From assembly GCA_026983895.1 (NCBI GenBank), contig JALSTF010000200.1:1-40240 (forward strand): a stretch of DNA of 40,240 bases. The letters are read 5' to 3'. Of the stretch, positions 9,287 to 17,763 are shown in pieces. The stretch comes from Sulfurovum sp. Its GTDB lineage: Bacteria > Campylobacterota > Campylobacteria > Campylobacterales > Sulfurovaceae. Numbering within the stretch: the first letter of the stretch is position 1; the number at the start of each line of letters is the position of its first letter. A program made the position numbers and the translations under genes. The notes beneath the pieces are model-generated. The model ran no database searches. It was not told the DNA's origin and was given only the letters and a program-made list of their open reading frames with translations.

Positions 9287-9487
9287 ATGAGAAAAGGTAT
9301 TCACCCTGAATATATGGAATGTAAAGTGACTTGTGCCTGCGGGAACAAGTTTGAAGTACGATCGAACAAGCCGGAAATGAGCATCGATATCTGTAATGAG
9401 TGTCACCCGTTCTTCACAGGTTCTGAAAAGATCCTTGATGCAGCAGGCAGAGTCGACAAGTTCAAGAAAAAATACAACCTCGGTTAA
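9287..9487 (+). CDS. rpmE: 50S ribosomal protein L31 (zinc-binding type)
   Basis: [33 protein letters not shown]; true start at ATG 9287. Confidence 0.97.
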   Translation: MRKGIHPEYMECKVTCACGNKFEVRSNKPEMSIDICNECHPFFTGSEKILDAAGRVDKFKKKYNLG

Positions 9488-9528
9488 TTTTTTTCCAAAG
9501 CGATGCTTCGCAGCTTGCGGAGTACAAT

Positions 9529-9557
9529 GCGTTCTCTTTTGGAGAGCGCTTCTTTTT
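9529..9557 (+). terminator. Probable intrinsic terminator after rpmE
   Basis: GCGTTCTC-TTTTG-GAGAGCGC stem followed by TTCTTTTT. Confidence 0.6.
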
Positions 9558-9582
9558 CCCTTTCATATTCAAAAGTCATACT

Positions 9583-10395
9583 ATGCTTACATTTGTCCCT
9601 ACACCTATCGGAAATCCGCAGGATATCACTATTCGTGCCATGAAATGCTTTGAAAAGGCCGAACTTTTTTTCTGCGAAGATACACGCCAGACCAAACGGC
9701 TTTTCAAACTGCTTGAGGAGCGTTTTGGTATGGTGTACCCTGATGCATCGTTTGTTTCTTTCAATGAACATAACGGAAAAGAGAGGCTGGCAGAATTTGG
9801 CAGTGCGCTGAAGGGCAGAGAGATCGTTTATGTCAGCGATGCCGGTATGCCGGTCATTTCTGATCCGGGACAGCTTCTTGTAGCCTATTGTCAGGAGCAT
9901 GGTGTCGCCTATGATGTGCTGCCGGGTGCCTCCGCAGTCACGACAGCCTATGCGGCTTCAGGTTTTGAAGAGGGTAAATTCCTCTTTTTCGCTTTTTTGC
10001 CCCACAAAGGCAAAGAACGCAGCAGTGCCTTGAGCGAAGCGATGGGAAACGGCTACAATACCGTACTGTATGAAGCGCCGCACCGTTTGGAGAAACTGCT
10101 TGAAGAGATCACTGCACTGGATGGAGAACGTGAGCTTTTCCTGGCAAAAGAGATCAGCAAGAAGTATCAGCGCTATTACCGGGGAACAGCAAAAGAGTTG
10201 AATGCACGATTCAAAGAGCTTACAGTCAGGGGAGAATGGGTAGTGGTCATCAAGGCAAAAAAAAGTACCTACGGATCGCTGCGTTTTGATGAAGTGCTGA
10301 CGCTGGATCTGCCTCCCAAGAGCAAAGCAAAACTGCTCTCTTCACTCAGTGACAGAAGCGTGAAAGAGTGGTATCAGGAGCTGGTGAATTCGTGA
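9583..10395 (+). CDS. rsmI: 16S rRNA (cytidine1402-2'-O)-methyltransferase
   Basis: PTPIGN, CEDTR, VSDAGMPVISDPG, YEAPHR, KEISK, RGEWV motifs. Confidence 0.95.
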   Translation: MLTFVPTPIGNPQDITIRAMKCFEKAELFFCEDTRQTKRLFKLLEERFGMVYPDASFVSFNEHNGKERLAEFGSALKGREIVYVSDAGMPVISDPGQLLVAYCQEHGVAYDVLPGASAVTTAYAASGFEEGKFLFFAFLPHKGKERSSALSEAMGNGYNTVLYEAPHRLEKLLEEITALDGERELFLAKEISKKYQRYYRGTAKELNARFKELTVRGEWVVVIKAKKSTYGSLRFDEVLTLDLPPKSKAKLLSSLSDRSVKEWYQELVNS

Positions 10396-10446
10396 TCTCC
10401 CTTTCCGAATCCGGATTTCAAGTAAAAATTGGATAAAATCCTTCTT

Positions 10447-11133
10447 ATGATTATTTATGGAAAGCAAGTGTGCCTCTATGCTTTGGAGCGGCACCCTGAG
10501 ATTGTCAGCACCGTTTATGTCGCCAAAAAAGGGATACTGCCGCAGGCACTTTTCCATCAATTTCACGACAAGATAAAATTTCTTGAAGAAAAATGGGCAC
10601 AGTCCATGAGCAAAGGAGGCAACCATCAGGGATTGCTTCTGGAGATCTCGGCACTTGAACAGCTTCCTTTTTCAGCCGTGAAAAAGGAAGATTTTCTAGT
10701 GGTACTCGATGGTCTTACGGATGTTGGAAATATCGGAGCGATCGTACGGAGTGCCTATGCACTTGGCGCGGATGCCGTCATCGCTACAGGCGTGAAACAT
10801 CTCAATATGGAAGCGATCGCGAGAACGAGTTCGGGCGCACTGCTTGATATGCCGTTCCTGCTGATCCCCAATATCCTGGATGTGTGCAATGAACTTCAGC
10901 AGGTGGGTTTCAGGCTTTACGGTGCGGCCATGGACGGAGATGCGGTACAAACGATGGAATTCGAGCGGAAACGTGCCCTGATCTTGGGCAGTGAAGGGAA
11001 AGGACTTTCCAAAAAAGCGCAGGGAAAGATCGATCAACGGATCTCCATTGAAATGAAGCATGCATTTGATTCGCTCAATGTCAGTGCAGCTGCAGCAATT
11101 TTAATACACAGGATGGGTTATGCAGTTAAATGA
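10447..11133 (+). CDS. rlmB: 23S rRNA (guanosine2251-2'-O)-methyltransferase
   Basis: NHQG, DVGNIGAIVRSA, LGSEGKG, SLNVSAA SPOUT motifs; start taken at MIIYGKQ. Confidence 0.9.
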   Translation: MIIYGKQVCLYALERHPEIVSTVYVAKKGILPQALFHQFHDKIKFLEEKWAQSMSKGGNHQGLLLEISALEQLPFSAVKKEDFLVVLDGLTDVGNIGAIVRSAYALGADAVIATGVKHLNMEAIARTSSGALLDMPFLLIPNILDVCNELQQVGFRLYGAAMDGDAVQTMEFERKRALILGSEGKGLSKKAQGKIDQRISIEMKHAFDSLNVSAAAAILIHRMGYAVK

Positions 11134-11629
11134 GTTACTTGAAGAAAATAGTGTTGCGACGATCAGTCAAAAAACAAAGATTTCGGAAGAAAATATTGAA
11201 CATCTTCTCAAGAATGACTTCGTTGCACTCAAAAAAGTGAATGCCCTCGGATTCATTTCTATCCTTGAACGGGAATATGGCATCGACCTGGATAAACTCA
11301 GAGAAGATGCGATCGCCCATTATGCGCAGACAGAGGAAGTTGAAAGTGTAACACTCGGTCTGCCGATCATGGAAGAAAAGAGGATGGGGTCCAAATGGTG
11401 GCTCTGGCCGGTGATACTGATCCTCCTGGGGTATGTTTCGTGGTATTTCTTTACACAGTTCGACCAGTCGCAACTTAAAAGTCTGCTTCCGTTCAATGAA
11501 GCGAAGACCGTTGAGTCTGCCGTTCCCGAAACCGAAAATACGGAGGATGAAGCACTCAATATCAAGCAGGTGATCCCTGCACCGCAGGATGAAAACAACA
11601 GTGAATTGCCTGCTTCCGAAAATGAATAA
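11120..11629 (+). CDS. HTH plus single-TM protein (RodZ-like N-terminus)
   Basis: Helical N-terminal domain (ISQKTKIS...GFISILEREYGIDL), one TM helix, acidic tail. Confidence 0.6.
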   Translation: MQLNELLEENSVATISQKTKISEENIEHLLKNDFVALKKVNALGFISILEREYGIDLDKLREDAIAHYAQTEEVESVTLGLPIMEEKRMGSKWWLWPVILILLGYVSWYFFTQFDQSQLKSLLPFNEAKTVESAVPETENTEDEALNIKQVIPAPQDENNSELPASENE

Positions 11630-11641
11630 AGAGAGAAAAAT

Positions 11642-12865
11642 ATGTTTGATGAAATACAATTTGAAAAGATAAACAGGTTACCCAAATACCTCTTTGCGGA
11701 GATCAATGACTTGAAAATGGATCTACGGCGCAAAGGACATGATATTATTGATTTTTCTATGGGAAATCCGGATGCTGATACACCACAGCCGATCATAGAC
11801 AAACTGTGTGAAGTGGCGAACCGCAGCAAAACACACGGCTATAGTGCAAGCAAAGGCATTTACAAGCTGCGCCTGGCGATGAGTGACTGGTATAAACGAA
11901 AATATGGTGTAGACCTTGATCCCGATACCGAGATCGTGGCAACCATGGGAAGCAAAGAAGGCTACGTGCATCTGGTACAGGCGATCTCAAATCCGGGGGA
12001 TGTGGCGATCGTGCCTGATCCTACCTATCCGATCCATTCCCAGGCCTTTATCCTTGCGGGGGCAAATGTCGAGAAGATGCATCTGGTCTTTAATGAAGAG
12101 ACCTTTGAGGTGGATGAGGAGCGTTTCCTCTCTGACCTTGAAGAGGCACTGGATAATTCGGTACCGCAGGCAAAATTTCTGGTAGTGAACTTCCCCCACA
12201 ATCCGACGACAGCAACAGTGACCCCGCAGTTTTATGAGAGGTTGGTAGCCCTGGCAAAAGAAAAACGCTTTTATATCATTTCCGATATCGCGTATGCAGA
12301 TATTACATTTGATGGCTACCGTACACCGTCGATCATGGAAGTTCCCGGTGCCAAAGAAGTTGCGGTAGAAGCCTATACCATGTCAAAATCGTATAATATG
12401 GCCGGTTGGCGAGTGGGCTTCGTGGTAGGGAACAAAAAACTTATAGGTGCGCTGCAGGCGATCAAATCCTGGCTGGATTACGGAATGTTCACACCGATAC
12501 AGGTGGCGGCGACCGTGGCGCTCAACGAACATCATGATGTTCCGGACAGGCAGATCATACCGTTGTATGAAAAACGGCGTGATGTGATGATCAAAGCATT
12601 CACGAATGCAGGCTGGCCTTTGGCAAAGCCGAATGCCTCCATGTTCATTTGGGGTAAGATACCTGAAGTGGCAAGTGAGATGGGTTCGCTGGAGTTTTCC
12701 AAACAGCTGTTGCTGCATGCCGGTGTAGCGGTGAGTCCCGGTGTCGGGTTCGGAAAATACGGTGACGGGTATGTGCGTATTGCCCTGATTGAAAATGAAA
12801 AACGTATCCGTCAGGCAGCAAAAAATATCAGGAAGTTCCTTAAAGAACTCGAGGAGAATAAATAG
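11642..12865 (+). CDS. Class I PLP aminotransferase (AlaC/LL-DAP aminotransferase-like)
   Basis: DIIDFSMGNPD, GSKEG, NFPHNPT, DIAY, SKSYNMAGWRVG motifs; substrate not determinable from sequence. Confidence 0.88.
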   Translation: MFDEIQFEKINRLPKYLFAEINDLKMDLRRKGHDIIDFSMGNPDADTPQPIIDKLCEVANRSKTHGYSASKGIYKLRLAMSDWYKRKYGVDLDPDTEIVATMGSKEGYVHLVQAISNPGDVAIVPDPTYPIHSQAFILAGANVEKMHLVFNEETFEVDEERFLSDLEEALDNSVPQAKFLVVNFPHNPTTATVTPQFYERLVALAKEKRFYIISDIAYADITFDGYRTPSIMEVPGAKEVAVEAYTMSKSYNMAGWRVGFVVGNKKLIGALQAIKSWLDYGMFTPIQVAATVALNEHHDVPDRQIIPLYEKRRDVMIKAFTNAGWPLAKPNASMFIWGKIPEVASEMGSLEFSKQLLLHAGVAVSPGVGFGKYGDGYVRIALIENEKRIRQAAKNIRKFLKELEENK

Positions 12866-12868
12866 CTT

Positions 12869-14131
12869 ATGGTTAAAATAGGAATTCTGGGTGTAGGGAC
12901 AGTCGGTGCAAGTGTTGCAAAGATCCTTGTGGAGAATAGTGATATCATCGAAGCCCGTGCGGGAAAAAAGATCGTTGTCAAATCGGGTGTGGTAAAGAAC
13001 CTGAATAAAAAAAGAGATGTCGCTATCACGCTGAGTGATAATCCACTGGATGTGATCGATGATCCCCAGATCGATATCGTTGTTGAACTGATGGGCGGAG
13101 TGGAAGAACCGTATGCTTTGGTCAAACGGGCGCTCGAGAACGGTAAGGCTGTGGTCACGGCGAACAAGGCCCTGCTTGCCTATCACCGTTATGAGCTCCA
13201 GGAGATCGCAGGGGATATCCCTTTGATGTATGAAGCAAGTACCGCAGGCGGTATTCCTGTGATCGGGGCACTGCGTAACGGCCTTTCTGCAAACCATATC
13301 GATTCTATTCAGGGGATCATGAACGGTACCTGCAACTATATGCTCACCAAGATGATCAATGAGGGAGCACAGTATGATGAGATCCTCAAAGAAGCACAGG
13401 AACTTGGCTATGCAGAAGCGGATCCGACCTTTGATGTCGGCGGTTTCGATGCTTCGCACAAATTGCTGATACTGGCATCTATCGCCTATGGTCTCGATGC
13501 CAAACCTGAAGATATCCTCATAGAAGGTATCGAGAATATTACACAGACCGATGTGGCGTTTGCCAAGGAATTCGGGTATGAGATCAAATTGCTCGGTATT
13601 GCCAAGAAAGTGGGAGAAGGTGTTGAGCTGCGCGTGCATGCAACGATGATCCCGGCAGAGAGTATGATCGCCAAAGTGGATGGCGTGATGAATGCAGTCA
13701 CTGTGGTCGGCGACCGCGTAGGCGAAACGATGTATTACGGACCCGGTGCAGGGGGAGATGCGACAGCATCGGCAGTGATCGCTGATATCGTTGATATTGT
13801 GCGGGGGAATCAGGGACCGATGCTTGGCTATAAAAAAGGTTTGGAGAGCGGACTCAAACTGCTCAGCAAAGATGAGATCGTGACACAGTATTACATCCGC
13901 TTGGAAGTGGATGACCAGAGCGGTGTTTTGGCTGCTATTACTTCTACGCTGGGTGAGTTCGGTATCTCTATAGAATCTATGCTGCAAAAACCGACCCAAA
14001 ATGAAGAGATCGCCAAGCTGCTTTTTACGACACACAAGACGCAGGAAAGCAAAATGAGAGATGCGATCACGGCCCTTGGAAAACTTGATGTGGTCCATGG
14101 CGGGATCGCGATGATGCGGATAGAGAAGTAA
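12869..14131 (+). CDS. hom: Homoserine dehydrogenase with C-terminal ACT domain
   Basis: GVGTVG, VVTANKA, GGIPVI, NGTCNY, GYAEADPTFDV, GPGAG motifs. Confidence 0.96.
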   Translation: MVKIGILGVGTVGASVAKILVENSDIIEARAGKKIVVKSGVVKNLNKKRDVAITLSDNPLDVIDDPQIDIVVELMGGVEEPYALVKRALENGKAVVTANKALLAYHRYELQEIAGDIPLMYEASTAGGIPVIGALRNGLSANHIDSIQGIMNGTCNYMLTKMINEGAQYDEILKEAQELGYAEADPTFDVGGFDASHKLLILASIAYGLDAKPEDILIEGIENITQTDVAFAKEFGYEIKLLGIAKKVGEGVELRVHATMIPAESMIAKVDGVMNAVTVVGDRVGETMYYGPGAGGDATASAVIADIVDIVRGNQGPMLGYKKGLESGLKLLSKDEIVTQYYIRLEVDDQSGVLAAITSTLGEFGISIESMLQKPTQNEEIAKLLFTTHKTQESKMRDAITALGKLDVVHGGIAMMRIEK

Positions 14132-14147
14132 AAAAAGGAGAAACGGG

Positions 14148-14648
14148 ATGGCCAAGGAACACTATTTCGATATTTCGGCAAAGCTGGATATGATGGAGAT
14201 GAAAAATGCGATCGAGCAGGCAAAGAAAGAGATCGCAACCCGTTTTGATTTTAAAGGGATCATGACGGAGATCGATCTGAATGAAAAGGCGAAAGTATTG
14301 AATCTCTCCAGCTCAAGCGACAGCAAGATCGATGCGCTCAAAGATATTGTACTCAGCAAAATGATCAAACGCGGTCTCTCTCCCAAATCCCTTGAAGAGG
14401 TCAAGACCGAGGGGATCAGCGGCGGGAACGTGAAAGTGGTCTATCGTATTATCGACAGTATCGAGAAAGATGAAGCCAAAAAGATCGTCAAAGCGATCAA
14501 AGATGCCAAACTGAAGGTCACCCCTTCTATTCAGGGAGATGAGATCCGTGTTTCCGGAAAGAAGATCGATGATCTGCAGGCGGTGATCGCGCTGGTCAGA
14601 GGTCTGGAAGATCTCAAAGCGCCGCTGGTATTTGGGAATTTCAAATAG
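14148..14648 (+). CDS. yajQ: YajQ family nucleotide-binding protein
   Basis: FDISAK, RFDFKG, IQGDEIRVSGKKIDDLQ, FGNFK motifs. Confidence 0.93.
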   Translation: MAKEHYFDISAKLDMMEMKNAIEQAKKEIATRFDFKGIMTEIDLNEKAKVLNLSSSSDSKIDALKDIVLSKMIKRGLSPKSLEEVKTEGISGGNVKVVYRIIDSIEKDEAKKIVKAIKDAKLKVTPSIQGDEIRVSGKKIDDLQAVIALVRGLEDLKAPLVFGNFK

Positions 14649-14689
14649 AGGTAAACTTTTTTCGATACTTCCTTTTAGCTATACCGAGG

Positions 14690-14907
14690 CGTTGTGTCTC
14701 TCTTTATTTTTTTTAGAAAAAAACGAAGCAAAAAAAGCGTCTCTGCTCTCGAATCGCTTTGCTTTCAAGGTCGTTCGCAGAGACAGACACACTGCGTGTG
14801 ATTATTTGGAGAAAAGCGCACGCTCTTTTGTAAAGATCAGGGAAAGTTCTTGTTGTTTAATAGAGAGTATGTCAGCGTTCTATCTGAACGCTCACGCCAA
14901 AGCGTGA
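14690..14907. other. Multi-hairpin intergenic element between convergent genes (candidate ncRNA or dispersed repeat)
   Basis: Stems TGTGTCT/AGACACA, GTCTCTGC/GCAGAGAC, GCGTGTG/CGCACGC, AGCGTTC/GAACGCT and TCACGC/GCGTGA. Confidence 0.55.
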
Positions 14908-15153
14908 TCATCCGCAGTGTCCGCCTCCGCAGCATCCTGAGTGTGCTTTGGGCTTTTCCGCTACGAAGATGTCGAAGTTCTGCCCGTCCTCTTCCAGTCT
15001 GAATGTGTGTTTGCTGCAGAATTCCTCATTCATATGGTTCACCATTTTCATCGCTTTGATGAGCGCATCGTCTTTGCTCTCAAAAGAGGTATTGTTGGTG
15101 AAGTCACTTTTCTTGAAGCATCCGCACTCTTTTTCTACCGTGATTGTAAACAT
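14908..15153 (-). CDS. Small Cys/His-rich hypothetical protein (81 aa)
   Basis: AAGGA RBS; ECGCF, FCSKH and C-terminal HSGCCGGGHCG. Confidence 0.8.
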   Translation of the reverse strand: MFTITVEKECGCFKKSDFTNNTSFESKDDALIKAMKMVNHMNEEFCSKHTFRLEEDGQNFDIFVAEKPKAHSGCCGGGHCG

Positions 15154-15228
15154 CTTAAATCCTTTTTGTTATAATAGTTGTTATTTCTGTGACGATATTA
15201 GCAGGCGGGGCTTAAAAAAACTTTATTT

Positions 15229-15259
15229 TAAGAGTAAATAAGATAAATTTACTCTTATT
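15229..15259. promoter_or_regulatory. Candidate operator, copy 3 (AATAAGA-N9-TCTTATT) overlapping an 11-bp inverted repeat
   Basis: TAAGAGTAAAT-N7-ATTTACTCTTA (15229-15257) overlaps AATAAGATAAATTTACTCTTATT (15237-15259). Confidence 0.65.
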
Positions 15260-15279
15260 AATGCCAAAAGGGTCGAATC

Positions 15280-17391
15280 ATGACGAAAACGATTGAGAGA
15301 GAAGAGATAGAAAGTGTCTGTACCTACTGCGGTGTGGGATGCGACATTACAGGTGTGGTGGAGAATAACAGGATCGTGAAGATCTTTGCCCAGAAGGACG
15401 GAGTGGTCTCTGAAGGGAAACTCTGCATCAAAGGAAAGTACGGTTATGACTTCGTCGATGCCAGGGATCGCATCAGGGAACCGCGTATCAAAAAAAGCTT
15501 TCTGTCGAAAAACCTGCAGATCAAAGAAAAAGTCGCCACGCAGCTGAGAGAGTTCGACAGGGATTATATGACCTGTGATCTCGATACAGCTACGACGATC
15601 GCAGCGATGAAACTTTCAGAGATCAAAGAGAAGTACGGCAGTGACAGTTTTTGTGCCATTGGCGGAGCGAGAACTTCCTGTGAATCGGCCTATGCGTTTC
15701 AGAAATTTTGCCGAGAAACAATGGACTCTCCTCATGTGGACAATTGCGCACGTGTCTGCCATTCTCCTTCTTTGAAAGGGATGAGGGCAACGATGGGGGA
15801 AGGGGCTGCGACAAACCCCTACAACGATATCTACGAGACTGAGTATATGATCGTGATAGGGTCCAATACCATGGAGGCCCATCCCATTATTGCCAACCGT
15901 ATCGTCGATATGGCGAAGAAGTATAACAATCTTGCCGTCATTGATGTACGTGATACCAAACTGTCCAGACTGGCAAAGCAGAACTGTATCATTCCTTTTG
16001 AAGCCAACCTTCTGATTCTGAATATGATGGCCTACGTGATCATTGATGAAGAGTTGTATGACAAGAGTTTTATTGCCAACCGTACCAAAGGGTTTGATGC
16101 CTTCAGAGAAAAAATACTCAACGATCCCTATGCCGATCCGGCGTTCTTTAAAAAAGTAGAGGGATATGAATATCTTGCCAAGATGATCCCCAATATTGCC
16201 AGGGAGTATGCGGTCAAGAAGTCGATGATCTTCTGGGGACTTGGCATTACCGAACATTTGGACGGCTCCTATGCGGTGATGGCGATCACACACCTTGCCC
16301 TGATGACAGGGAATGTCGGTAAAACGGGAGCGGGACTGATGCCGCTTCGCGGCCAGAACAATGTCCAGGGAGCCTGCGATATGGGATGCCTGCCCTATTT
16401 TGCACCAGACTATCAAACGCCGAAAGTTGAAGGACTGATGACACCGCAGCTGATGGATGCTATGATAGAAGGCAGGATCAAAGCACTGTTGAATATGGGG
16501 GAGGATATCGTACATATCCATCCCAATGTCAACAAGACGGAGGAGGCGATCGGGAGTCTTGAATTCATCATGACACAGGAACTTTTTATGACAGAGATCG
16601 CGCAAAAAGCCGATATCGTCATAGGGGTCAGGTCTGCTTATGAAAAGACAGGGGTTTATGTCAATGCGATGCGCAGACTGCACCTTTCCCAACCGTTGGT
16701 CAAGAGCGATCTGCCTGATGACTGGGAAGTGTTGACACAAATGGCAAAGAAACTCGGCGATGAGGAAAATTTTGATTTCCAGACTTCGGAGGATGTCTGG
16801 AATGAAGTCCGTGAAGTCGCGCCGAGACGTTTTTCCGGTGCAGCCTATTACCGCTTGGAGAGACATAGAAAAAGAGGGATGCAGTGGCCGATCTATCATG
16901 AAGATACACCGGTACTGCATCTGCTGGACTTCCGTACCGATGACGGATTGGGAAAGTATGTCTATAAACAATACGAACCCAGAGGGATGGTGCAGGAGAT
17001 CCTTGAGAAACGCTTTTACAATGAGGATCTTGAAGGCTACTATCTTACCACAGGGCGTACTTTGGCACATTACAACAATGCTGCACAGACCAAACGTTCT
17101 TCCAAACTCGACACCAAATATGACGAAGATATCCTGCTTGCACCCTTGGAAGATGAAGAGAAGTTCGGGGATATGGTCATTTTAAAAAGTGCCTATGGCG
17201 AAAGCGAAGCTCTGAACGTGAAGTACACAGACAAGGTCAGAGCAAAAACACTTTTTTGTACCTTCCATCATGCCCAAAGCCGTATCAATGCTCTTTTTGG
17301 AGACGAATGTGACGAACTTATTATGACGGCACGATTTAAATCCGTCAAAGTCGATGTGATCCCTGTGGGTGATGAAGTGGCTTGCAGTTGA
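15280..17391 (+). CDS. FdhF-like Mo/W-bisPGD oxidoreductase (formate dehydrogenase catalytic subunit-like, Cys ligand)
   Basis: CTYCGVGC...C [4Fe-4S] motif; DNCARVCHSPS corresponding to the FdhF Sec-His site; PLRGQNNVQG; no Tat signal. Confidence 0.85.
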   Translation: MTKTIEREEIESVCTYCGVGCDITGVVENNRIVKIFAQKDGVVSEGKLCIKGKYGYDFVDARDRIREPRIKKSFLSKNLQIKEKVATQLREFDRDYMTCDLDTATTIAAMKLSEIKEKYGSDSFCAIGGARTSCESAYAFQKFCRETMDSPHVDNCARVCHSPSLKGMRATMGEGAATNPYNDIYETEYMIVIGSNTMEAHPIIANRIVDMAKKYNNLAVIDVRDTKLSRLAKQNCIIPFEANLLILNMMAYVIIDEELYDKSFIANRTKGFDAFREKILNDPYADPAFFKKVEGYEYLAKMIPNIAREYAVKKSMIFWGLGITEHLDGSYAVMAITHLALMTGNVGKTGAGLMPLRGQNNVQGACDMGCLPYFAPDYQTPKVEGLMTPQLMDAMIEGRIKALLNMGEDIVHIHPNVNKTEEAIGSLEFIMTQELFMTEIAQKADIVIGVRSAYEKTGVYVNAMRRLHLSQPLVKSDLPDDWEVLTQMAKKLGDEENFDFQTSEDVWNEVREVAPRRFSGAAYYRLERHRKRGMQWPIYHEDTPVLHLLDFRTDDGLGKYVYKQYEPRGMVQEILEKRFYNEDLEGYYLTTGRTLAHYNNAAQTKRSSKLDTKYDEDILLAPLEDEEKFGDMVILKSAYGESEALNVKYTDKVRAKTLFCTFHHAQSRINALFGDECDELIMTARFKSVKVDVIPVGDEVACS

Positions 17392-17732
17392 TGCGCGAAC
17401 TTCCCAAACAATTCGGTGACGAGAGTGAAGCGCTTGCGACACTTTTTCTTGAGCAGGAGGGATATCTTATCGTAGAGCGTAATTACTTTGCCAGAAAACT
17501 GGGAGAGATCGACATTATTGCACAAAAAGAGGGTGTACTTCATTTCATTGAGGTCAAATCCGGCAAAGCCGATTTCGATCCGGTATACAATGTGACGCCG
17601 GGAAAACTCAGAAAGGTGGTCAACTCCGCGCAGTATTATCTCAAAAGCAAAAAAGTCGATCTCCCTTTCTCCATAGATGCGCTTATCATTCGCAAGGATG
17701 AGGTGGAATTTATTGAAAATGTTACGCTATAA
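17391..17732 (+). CDS. yraN: YraN family (UPF0102) predicted nuclease
   Basis: G..SE..A..FL, IVERNY, GEIDIIA, FIEVK motifs; TGATG overlap with the upstream gene. Confidence 0.9.
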   Translation: MRELPKQFGDESEALATLFLEQEGYLIVERNYFARKLGEIDIIAQKEGVLHFIEVKSGKADFDPVYNVTPGKLRKVVNSAQYYLKSKKVDLPFSIDALIIRKDEVEFIENVTL

Positions 17733-17763
17733 TATTTTTTAATTACTTTCCAAAGGTCTACTT

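Noticed and set aside
12383-14155. 590-aa minus-strand ORF; likewise 2885..4117, 15616..17070, 33440..34513 and 36318..37511
   Set aside because: Antisense shadows of well-supported genes (hom/aminotransferase, MFS, FdhF-like, trkA, nirF), with no recognisable motifs.
14632-14907. 91-aa ORF spanning the yajQ downstream element
   Set aside because: TTG start inside yajQ, no RBS, homopolymer-derived composition; better explained as structured non-coding DNA.
15730-15775. Selenocysteine recoding in the FdhF-like gene
   Set aside because: The ligand codon is TGC (Cys) and the ORF has no in-frame TGA.
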